Of a stretch of 64,000 nt of DNA, positions 54,418-64,000 are shown piece after piece. Source of the DNA: Podarcis pityusensis (lineage: Eukaryota); the NCBI GenBank assembly GCA_964106645.2, contig OZ067043.1; one strand, written 5' to 3'. Below the pieces are notes generated by a model, which ran no database searches, had not been told where the DNA came from, and saw only the letters and a list, made by a program, of their open reading frames with translations. The translations under genes were made by a program, and so were the position numbers. Positions within the stretch are counted from its first letter, which is position 1. The number at the start of each line of letters is the position of its first letter.

Positions 54418-55513
54418 CTTCGGTAAGATGGAAGCAAAACAAAAAAACAAAGGCCAAACACAGAAATTAAGAAACAGAGCTTCGGCTTTCCCTCACTGAG
54501 GGGGAGAAATTAAAAAGAACAGTTCAGTATTGTTCTGAGTGCTCAGATCGTACCCGAAGTCAGAGCATTTATGAAATTCCAAACACTGGCCTGATTTATG
54601 CTATCTGGCAGCCCGCCCCGTTTCATTTTATTCCTGTTAACACTAACAATCAGCCCTTGCTATATAAGGTTTGGAGAAGTGCTAACTATACTCTGCAGAG
54701 AGAGGGGCAGGCTGAGACTCCTGGAACACAAGATATTTCCATAAAGGCCAAAGTGTTATTTAGAGCAGCACTCCCTACCCTTGGCACAGAGCACCGGGTG
54801 GGGAAAAATAAAAGCTGCAAACAACCTGCAAGTTCAAAAACATTTCCCCCTCCTCCCTACAGCTGCTTCCTTCCCTAGTGGCTTGAGCTCACCTCCTTAT
54901 GCAAGAGAAATAAGAGCTCTGTAGTGAGGTTAACTCCACCAAAAGCTTGCTTCTCATTAACAAATTCCTCTACACAGAGTGGATTGCCCTATTGCTTGCA
55001 ATATGAACTGCTGCTGAAACGTGACACTTAACAACAAATTAAAACATAAGTCTAGTATCAAATAAGAGGACCTGATTTAAAGCATTGGCAGATATGAATT
55101 ATTCAAAAGTTTGTAGTGAAGAGACAGTTTTATTAATACAATTTCCAATACTCACTATAGGTAAAAGTGAAATTCAAAGACCTCCCCCCACCTAGCATCC
55201 TCACTACAAGAGAAAGGTCCTTAATAGCTAAATGCGGGGTGGTGTTTAAAGGGCAGAAAGAGGCAGGACCAAAAACATGGCCTTTTATAGTACATATCAC
55301 TCTTGGTTAAAGGAATCAAAATATTATGCCTAGGTTTCAAGCCCCAAGTCCCCCTTTGCAGCCATTTTAGAGCTTCTTTTATATTTCCACAACAGCCATG
55401 TGAGGTAGGCTAGGCTGAGAGTTAGTGACTGGCCCAAGGCAGAAAGTGAACAAGAAACAATTATGACTTATATGAGTTTATAATGTGAAACTGCATGTGC
55501 TCAGAGTATTTTT

Positions 55514-55542
55514 TGTTTGTTTGTTTGTTTGTTTGTTTGTTT
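55514..55542. repeat. (TTTG)n microsatellite
   Basis: About 7 units. Confidence 0.9.
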
Positions 55543-56200
55543 ATCAATGTTTTGTTTGGGGTTTGCTGAGAGCTGTCAAACTCCTCAGGCTCAGAGCATA
55601 TTTTGTAGTCCACAAAATATGATGCCATAATTAATTTCTCAGGCTTTAAGATACTACAATACTTATTTTTTGGTACCTTATTTCATGTGTTCTTTTTTTA
55701 GAGGAAGGGGGCCCCAATTTTGGGAACTGCACCGGGATCCACAACCATTTTAATCCAGCCTTGGCTAAAGGTCAGAGGAAAGAAAGAGATAAAAGTGCAG
55801 AATGTCTTCCCACCTTTTGTGCAAGGACTGAGACTATTTAATGTGGTATCTATACGTAATGTTAATATTTAGCAGCACTGCATTCAGAGGGTGGAGAAGC
55901 AGCTGACAGTGTGTGTTGCACACTGGAACATTTGACTGTCCCAAAGCCAGCAATGAAGCCCAACAATAGGGTCACTGTTCAAGTGAAACAGTGGATGTGC
56001 TTTCCATCTCCTAAAAGCAAAACAGCAAACAGAAAAATATTGTCTGTCATGAGCAAAGTCTTGTGAGAAACCTTTGCAAGCGTTTTAGTAATGCTCCATA
56101 TTTAACACTCCAAACTATGCTTTTCCATCAGAAAAAACTGGTGTTGCTTTTTTCTAAGTACACTTCAGTGAAATTGGAAAGACTTTGAATGAGCACTTAC

Positions 56201-56315
56201 CTTTTGATTCAGGACTTGGATATTGCTCAGAATGACTAGAAGCAAAGTCAGAAGAAGCTTGGCAATTCAGTGGCCACTGGCAATCTTGGGAAGACTGACC
56301 TTTTCGTGGCCAGGC
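56201..56315 (-). CDS. Candidate alternative ANKS1A exon (AWPRKGQSSQDCQWPLNCQASSDFASSHSEQYPSPESK)
   Basis: Acceptor ccttttgcag|GCC and consensus donor AAG|gtaagt. 115 nt, open in phase 0-1. Confidence 0.5.
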
Positions 56316-56943
56316 CTGCAAAAGGATCTTATATTATTTAAGTTCCAATGCCATTATCAAAGCAGCATGTGCCAAAGCGCAAACTCTACACCCAGAATAA
56401 TACTCCTGCAACTAAGTACAAAATGTTTTCTATGTATCCCGCTTCCAAGGTTTCAAAATGTGACTTTGTATAAGTGGGAACTTTGACAAGTGGCAGAAAG
56501 GAATAGAAGGGTGAAAAGGACAAAACGTTGGTTTAGATCATGAATTAGATCATGAACAAGGTTAAGGGAAAAGAAAATAGCATGGGAATCACTGGAGCCC
56601 TGAGCCCCTGAAAATGCCTACCTCCTTGTTTGATAAATCAGATGCTCCCTGCTTATTTCTAAGCTGCTCTTTACAACCATGATGATTAGAAAAAATGGTT
56701 TTTAGAATGTGGAAGCATGGGATTCTCAAAATGCCAACTCTAATACCAGATGCCTGGCACCATATTGGACACCAAACCAGCAAGCATGCCAGTTGTACAC
56801 ACATATTGTACTATGTCCTGATCGTACTACTTTCTGCTTTTTTTCTGTTACATTTGATTTCACATCTCCCTTTTTGGTGGTCATGACAAACCTTCCTGAA
56901 CATGTTACCACAGCAATATTCATCAAACATGTCCTAACCTGTC

Positions 56944-56984
<41 letters not shown>

Positions 56985-57406
56985 TATTTATACCCCGCCC
57001 TCCCCAGCCAAGACCGGGCTCAGGGCGGCTAACAACCAATAATAAAAACAAGTTGATTAAAATACAATTTAAAAAAGATTAAAATACAACATTAAAACAT
57101 TAGGATGCAACCTCTTCACAGGAGGAGAAAGGAAAAAGAAAGAGGGGGAGGGAATCAAACTGATTCTAAGCCAAAGGCCAGGTGGAACAACTCTGTCTTA
57201 CAGTCCCTGTGGAAAGAAATCAGATCCCGGAGGGCCCTGGTCTCATGAGACACAGCATTCCACCAGGCCGGAGCCAGTGTTGAGAAGGCCCTAGCTCTGG
57301 TTGAGGCTAATCTAACTTCCTTAGGGCCCGGGACCTCTAGCATGTTGCTCTATATGGACCTTAAGGTCCTCTGTGGGGCATACCAGGAGAGGCGGTCCCG
57401 TAGGTA
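56944..57406 (-). mobile_element. Relatively young L2 LINE 3' end with (TTA)n tail
   Basis: Translation VRLASTRARAFSTLAPAWWNA...KTELFHLAF. Terminal stem-loop gccgccctgagcc...ggagggcggggtataaat. Tail is (TAA)12 on the + strand at 56944-56980. Confidence 0.92.
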
Positions 57407-58586
57407 TGAGGTATATAAGCTTGTTATGTGGATAAAATTGAGCATGTGGAAGAAAAGATGGGATGCAAATATAATACATGCATAAATGATATGTCTGTTG
57501 CTTATACTGGAAAGTTAATCTAGGAAGGTACCATACTTGGCTTTCCATCTGGTTTGTTCTGCAAAACATGCAGGCATTACAGGAAGACCATAACCTCCTT
57601 AACTTACAAGTACATCTTGGCAGGGAAGAAGTAGGCCAGTAGTAAAGTATCTCTCTATAAAACAGTGATTTCCAAACTGTGTGTCACAACACATTACTGT
57701 GTCAGCTGCAGTGTATATAATTTTTTTATTAAATAAGTAAATAATAGTGAGTTCATGTTTCCATTTTGATTCCATTTTCCAAATAACCCATCAGATCTCA
57801 AAGAACATGATGTTAGACTTCCCGTCATAATTTATTACAACTTTCCCCACTAGGCAAATACGTCACATGAAGAAGTCACAGGCATTTTCCTTCTTTCACT
57901 TACTTCATGTACAGTCCTTTGCCATTTAAGCCCATACTGACTAACTTGCATATAAGCTGCAATTTGTTTTTGCTCCTACAGTAAACATAAAATGTTAAGA
58001 TTTCCCTCCCAAGCTGTTTATTTCCATTATATTTAGGTTCAAGGCATATTAAGGATCGATGCTGTCCTACCTGTGGCTGGACACTGCTGGCAGGACCTGA
58101 AGATGATTCACCTAAGAATTTAAAAATAAAAATATTTAACATGTGAACTATGAATTCCTGTCCTTGGCCAGTAACAGTTAAGAGAAGGGCAGCGGGCAAC
58201 AGTGGAAGGTGGCATCACTCAAATACAGTTTCCAAACAGACAGGTGGTTTTCCAGCCCTACAAAGCAGTGTGTCAACTTTTCCTCCATCACGTGGAGAAC
58301 CGCTTATAACCTAAAGGAGTAGATCATGCTCAGAAAGAAAATGGGGGTATGGGAAAGGCAACATAAATCCTACCTGGAAGACAGTTGTTTGGAGGCAGCT
58401 GTCAAAATTGGGGAACTATGTCACAACACTAGATTACTATCAGCAGTACAACAGTAAAAGTTGGGCTGCATAAAACTACGAAGGACCATAGTTCAGTAGG
58501 ATAGCATTGCCCCACATTCAATCCTCATCATCTACTTTCTGATAGAAGAGGCACACAGATATGGGCCTCAGATGTCTTTCATAGGG

Positions 58587-58790
58587 CAGAGCTTTCCAAA
58601 CTGTGTGTTGTGACATTTAAGTGTGTCGGCTGCAGTGTGTAGGTGCGTCATGCAAACACTCCCCGTGCTCCTTCCAGGGCTAGAAAGGGGTTCGTTTAAC
58701 CTCCGGTTCGCTGGTAAAACTGAATTAGTGTCGTGAAATTATGCATGTCTTAAAAGAGTGTCACCGACATGAAAAGTCTGGAAAGCTCTG
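58587..58790. mobile_element. hAT MITE
   Basis: TIRs CAGAGCTTTCCAAACT / AGTCTGGAAAGCTCTG. Perfect 8-bp TSD TCATAGGG. Truncated relative at 57663-57716. Confidence 0.93.
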
Positions 58791-59064
58791 TCATAGGGTC
58801 TGGGTCAGTTCATATGGGGAGAGGCACTCCTTGTCAGCTTATTAGTCAGTCAGTGAGTATTGTGAAGGGAGTTGGCGTCTGTATTACGTTTTGAATTACT
58901 GTGGTAACAGAGGTTCCTTGTACTTTTATATACCTGTATCTGTATCTGCAAAACCTAGGTATATATCAACGTCCGGAACTGTATTACTGAAGCTTTTATC
59001 TTCTGCACCAATGAACTGTTTGGGACACCTGTGTGTGGTGACTGGAACTATGTAGGTCTCTCAC

Positions 59065-59310
59065 ACCAGATTCCCAACATAGCAGTAATCTAACATAGAG
59101 GTTACTGGAGCACAGACAACAAAAGTTAGGCTATTCCTTTCCAGATAGGGGTGCAGCTGGGCCACCATCCAAAGCTGATGGAAGGCACTCTGCTCCACTG
59201 AAACCACCTGTGCCTCAAGCAAAAGCGATGGATCTAGAAGTACCCCTAAGCTGGGAACCCAAGCTGGGAGTGTAACCCCATCAAGAGCAGGCCACCTCCC
59301 ATCTATCCGG
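59065..59310 (-). mobile_element. L2 LINE ORF2 fragment
   Basis: Translation SLGVLLDPSL...QVVSV..SAFHQL...LHPYL...VTSMLDYC. Confidence 0.85.
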
Positions 59311-60532
59311 TCTAGATATATAATGGGGAACATAATCCAAAAAGCCTGTAAGCACCCTCTAAACCTCTGGAAACCCTTTTAAAAACAAGCAGCACTTACT
59401 AGCCATTTTCAACACGTTTCCTGCAGTCTTTGTGCTGTTTTGGGGCCATTTTTGCACCTTTTGCAGTTTAAATTGAATTATTTATTTATTTCCCGGAGCT
59501 GCACATATATGCAGTCATGCAAGAGTTGAACACACGTACATATGGGGTTGCCTGTATGTCCCACTGAACATAAGACTTTCTTTCAAATCAATATGCATAG
59601 GAGCAGGGTACATGATTTACATGCTGTCCTTTGAACAGCAGTGCTTAGTTTTCATGCAAACCAAGGCTTTTAGCATAGTGCCACCAGTAATTTAGACTAT
59701 TGTTCCTACTGAAAGCAGGTATAGACCCACAATTCTGATATGCTGTCAACTGCTGAAAATATTTTTGTTTTAGTAATATTTTTAGAGAATTTATTTGATT
59801 CAGGGTTGGTAATTTATTCTGAATTTTATATTTTATGAGTTGACCATTTAATAATATTCTCTCTCTCTCTCTATATATATATATTTAAAGGAAAATGTAA
59901 CGCATGAAGTGCTCTCAAGTTACCTCTCACTTGAAGTAGTAGGGGTGCAAGCTTTGTAACAACAAAATTCAAAGAACATCGCAGTTATCAAATCACATGC
60001 AAGACACATTAGCTGGGCTCCTGTAGGACAGAATAATTAAGTATCGAATATGAGGGAATAGTTAATTTCCATTAGGTGGGTCAATAGGAGATTTGTTTGT
60101 ATGTGTTTGCCTCTCTCCTTTGTTAATTACTTTCCCAGCTGGCTTCAACAAAAAGAGCAGATTATGTCAAAGGAAGCCATATCAGTTGGTGCATTGGTAG
60201 ATACTTTGATCAGAGCTGTTCCACTAATCCTTGCATACCAATGACTTGTTGCCCAGATGAGAGACTTCCACCTAGCTTTATTTTTCCAAATTAAAACTTT
60301 TGTAAAACAAAAAAGTTAAGACACTAATAGTCTTCACAGGTACCAGAAAAATGAACACTCCATCACGAATAAGATGCCAAGGAAGAAATAGTTTAACTAA
60401 AATCCTACAAAAGCATCTTATCAGACAGTCACTGCAAAATAAGCCTGCCCACCCAACTAAAACAATAATGGTTTGAACGTCTCGTCTTCTGCCCAATACA
60501 TGCTAATTACATATGTTTGCAATAACTTTTAC

Positions 60533-60653
60533 CTTTTGTTTTTTTATCTGTTGCAGCGTGTTTCTTAGTTTCTGCTGTTAGCAGCAGCTCATAAGGATGC
60601 TCCTCTTCTTCATCAGCTGTGCTTCCCCTACTCTTCCTCTTGCTGACAAAACC
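60533..60653 (-). CDS. ANKS1A: ANKS1A coding exon (GFVSKRKSRGSTADEEEEHPYELLLTAETKKHAATDKKTK)
   Basis: Acceptor tctttgtgtttggtcag|GGT and donor AAAG|gtaaaa. 121 nt, phase 0-1. Contains the conserved EHPYELLLTAETKK motif. Confidence 0.92.
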
Positions 60654-60984
60654 CTGACCAAACACAAAGACACACACATGGCATGTGCAGTTAGGTAAAA
60701 GCTAGCAGTGTCACTGATGAGGCTCTTTTTGGTCATGGAATATGCTTAAGAGATCGAAGTCTCAGGAGTATAACCTTCAGTGCTACAGTGTCTTCTTTAC
60801 CGACAGATAACACTTTCCCTCCTCCTACAATCCCATTACTGTTCTGCCTCAACTATACCCACAAGTCCCTTAATGCTGTTTCTCTTCCACCTCAAATGAC
60901 CCATACCAAAAACCCCATTTTCTGCTATAGTACTGCAATATGAAGCACACTTTGCAGTGCCCTTAGAGTCCTTTAGTACCAGTG

Positions 60985-61575
60985 CAGTACAACTGTACCT
61001 TCTATGGGGGTTACGTTCTGGGAATGGTGCATATACACAAACTGCCCCCTTGGAACTGCCTATACACAAGCACCCCTTACCCTTGCAGATCCAGTACATC
61101 AAGAAGGCCTTACCCGGTAAGTGCATATGCTCCAGGATGCTCTCACAAGATCTTGTGGGGCTGTCCGAGTTTCCATGAGATTTCACACAACCGTCTCCAG
61201 GCTTTGCACTGGGTTTGCTTGGGCAACCCAGCATGAAAAGCGCGTTTAAGCTCTCTGCCTTGCTTACTGGGCAAGGCCCCCTCGGTGCACTGGCTCTGGA
61301 AGTCTGGGGAGGGTCACATGAGATCTTGCAGTAACTCAGACAGCCCTATGAGATCTCGCAAAAGCATCCTAGAGCCCGTGTGCTGAGCGAGCCTTGCCTG
61401 GTAAACAAGGCAGAGAGCTCAAAAGCTCTTTTCACGCCAGGAAAACCCAGGGCAAAAAGAGCTTTTAAGCTCTCTGCCTTGCGTGCATTTAATTTGTGCA
61501 ATTTCAACCAGCCAGCTTCAACCATGGGAGGGTGAAATGGCACAAGTTAAATGTGCATAAGATGCTATTGTACTG
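60985..61575. mobile_element. Probable non-autonomous DNA transposon
   Basis: CAGTACAA...TTGTACTG termini. GC-elevated interior with internal direct (TTTAAGCTCTCTGCCTTGC x2) and inverted repeats. Confidence 0.55.
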
Positions 61576-62142
61576 TCCTTAAAGTGTAAAACAGGCACTG
61601 GTGAAATGAAGGAGGTGGTAAGTATCTTGTAGCAGCACACTTGTCTTAGAATGACAAGTTGCAACATTATCTGTTGTGAACTGTCCTGAGATCCAAGTAT
61701 GACAGGTGGTATACAAATTTAATTACTAAATAAAATAAATAAATCTAGACCTTCCCAGGACTGAAGAAAATACTACTATATAGGGGATGGTGTCAAAAGG
61801 GATGCCGGAGGGAAGGGCTGAATTGGTGTGGCCATATATAGGCACAGAGAATGAGAATGTCAAGAATGTCTAGGTATTTTTCCAACTCCAGCACCTTACA
61901 TTGTGGTTGCATCTACAGGAAACCATGTCTGAACTGAACCAGAGTTTTCAATGCCTAATGTGAACTTTTCTTTAAAGGAGAAATATTCTGTCAAACTAGG
62001 GTTGAGGAATATACCAGGCAGAATTGTATTCCACAGGTGCATGTCTAACAGAATGCCAGTTGTGGAATGAAAGATCTAGATGCTCTAAACAAGAGTGAGG
62101 ATGGAGTTGGAAGTAGGTGGTGTACTGGAAAGATACTAAGGC

Positions 62143-62258
62143 TTGTATTCAGCTAATGTTTACTCAGAGTAGACCCACTGAAATTAATAGATGTAAGTTA
62201 GACATGGCCATTAATTCCAGTGGGCCTACTACAAGTAAAAGTTAGTTGATTGCAACCC
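62143..62258. repeat. Palindromic fold-back interspersed repeat
   Basis: Arms TCAGCTAA..TTTACT..GAGTAGACCCACTGAAATTAAT / ATTAATTCCAGTGGGCCTACT..AGTAAA..TTAGTTGA. Half copy at ~47535-47580. Confidence 0.7.
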
Positions 62259-62376
62259 TAACTTGCATAATAATCACAGAAGTGTAGAAAAAATATTTGT
62301 GTCTTCTAAGATATTAAAATGTTTGAAGAAACTTCCTCTACCATAACAGCCCCTCAGAGAGAAACAATACACTTAC

Positions 62377-62457
62377 CTTAGAAGATGAACTTTGCTTCTC
62401 TACAAGTTCCTCCTCTTCATCAGGGGGAGGCTTGGCAGGAGGCGGCGGACGCTCTCT
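62377..62457 (-). CDS. ANKS1A: ANKS1A coding exon (Pro-rich linker, RERPPPPAKPPPDEEEELVEKQSSSSK)
   Basis: Acceptor ttctgtactgtag|AGA and donor AAG|gtaagt. 81 nt, phase 0-0. Matches the RERPPPPAKPPPDEEEE motif of human ANKS1A. Confidence 0.93.
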
Positions 62458-62699
62458 CTACAGTACAGAAAGCCACTGTCAGTATCCTGTGCCAAATTCA
62501 TTCCCAACTTTCAGATCTTTTTGGAAGCAGCAGGTATGCCCTGGAAGAACTGACCTTGCCTCCCTTCAATACCTCTGTTGTTGGCAATTTAATGTTTTAA
62601 AATAATGATCTCATTACTGTGTTACAGTTCGTGACTAGACGTGCTAGAGAGAATTTGCTAATGTTTGATGATATGGCAGTGCTTTGAAATCACAGAGCT

Positions 62700-63030
62700 T
62701 CACTGCGGGGGCACTGTGATGTACTATCTGCCTGGCACCTATATTTTCTGTTGTGGTACCACCCTGTGGAACCACTTCCCCTCATAGATCAGGCAAGTGG
62801 CAACCGTGATGTGTTTCTAGTGCTTGCTGAAAGCTTATTTACTCACTCAGGCCTTTGGGGCACATTTATCCAACTCACTGCATTTTAGCTGGTTATGCTT
62901 GCTACTGTATCTATCATACATTATTGTCTTGATTTTAATGTCTTTGTATTTTAGCTGGTTTTAAATGACCATTATGCACTCACACAAACATATAATATTA
63001 GGCAGTATGTAAGTGGTTTTAAATAAAATA
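62700..63030 (+). mobile_element. Degraded L2 LINE 3' end
   Basis: ttttctgttgtggtacca...ctgtggaac...cttccc...gatcaggca (FSV..P.LWN.LP..IR motif) followed by an AT-rich UTR. Confidence 0.6.
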
Positions 63031-63305
63031 AGTAACATATTTGTCTTTGCATTAGTGCCACCAGAGAGATTTTGCATGCACTTTGCGCTATCTAATGATT
63101 GACTTAGATAGCTAATTTCAGGCAACCAGTATTGGATATACTACATTTCACAAGTACATGGAAAGTTGGCATGGAAGTAATGCTCTGGGCACCTTCCTTA
63201 AATTCTGCTGCACTAAAATCCTAAAACTTCATTATGTTTCTAAAAACCACACCAGCAGACATTAATGCCAGGGTGGGTCAGAAATGAGTATAGAACCTGA
63301 GTCAG

Positions 63306-63561
63306 CAGGGGTGGAGGAAGGGGGGTGCAGTGGGGGGCAGACCGCCCCGGGTGTCTTCGCTGAGGGGGGTGACATTTGGCAGTCACAGGAGGGCACACCA
63401 AATGTCTGCCATTGGCGGCTCACCCCGCCCCAGGCTTCAGGGCACACGCATCGCTCTTTGCACCCGAGCAGCTATCCCGCGCCTGGGAGGGCACCCTCCG
63501 CGCCCCGCCCCCCTTGGAAATGTGCCCGCCCTGGGCAGCGCGGGCATATGCTCCGCCGCTA
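63306..63561. mobile_element. GC-rich hAT (Tip100-like) MITE
   Basis: Termini CAGGGGTGGAGG / GCTCCGCCGCTA. Perfect 8-bp TSD TGAGTCAG. Confidence 0.85.
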
Positions 63562-64000
63562 TGAGTCAGGCAAGGTTATAGATCAACATGCACACACTAA
63601 ATTAAGACACTATAAGGAAGGCACCCAACAAGCAAGCTGCCTAAAATGCCAGAAGATGCGGTTCTTCCTTGGTCTGTATAAAAGGCTTCCTGATCATGAT
63701 TGCTCACTAGTATGAGTAACAAGAACACGCTGCTGCAGTGTTCCCTGTTATAGGCCCATCTTCATCTAACTGCCATGCTTTGTGTCCATCTCATGTTCTT
63801 CTTGCCCCAGAGATAAGATGAGCCTGTCTAAGACTACCCATGCAAAAACAATCCATGTTCAGGTTTAGTTCACTGTGTGGTTTTGCATTGATTTGTATGC
63901 TTCTGATATGGAGTAATCAATCTTTGCTTTATTAGTATATTCCAGACTGCGCTAGGCTATAGCGCTATTCTTCTCAGTTAGCTGTTAGCTTTTGTCTGTT

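Noticed and set aside
61832-61842. CArG-like CCATATATAGG
   Set aside because: Seven A/T bases rather than six, with no supporting context.
63262-63715. Overlapping ORFs up to 143 aa
   Set aside because: Derived from the GC-rich hAT MITE at 63306-63561.

Overview
AT-rich, CpG-depleted vertebrate genomic DNA. The repeat content (L2/CR1/L1 fragments, core-SINEs, many hAT and Tigger-type MITEs, one Penelope-like insert) points to a squamate, probably a lacertid lizard (inference). The whole window lies inside one minus-strand gene, ANKS1A (Odin). Six phase-compatible coding exons are present: 62377-62457, 60533-60653, 53876-54417, 34421-34487, 25049-25155 and 4295-4393. They encode the linker after the ankyrin repeats and SAM1, and are separated by introns of 1.7-20.7 kb. 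The most interesting signal is an in-frame 5' extension of the first SAM1 exon ([33 protein letters not shown]). It is colinear with the N-terminus of the short, ankyrin-less AIDA-1 isoforms of the paralog ANKS1B as I recall it, and it lies downstream of a TE-free, promoter-like block, suggesting an internally initiated SAM-SAM-PTB Odin isoform. Further candidates are a mutually-exclusive or poison exon at 56201-56315, two weaker exons, and a Penelope insert with a template-switching scar. Homology statements come from memory; no searches were run.
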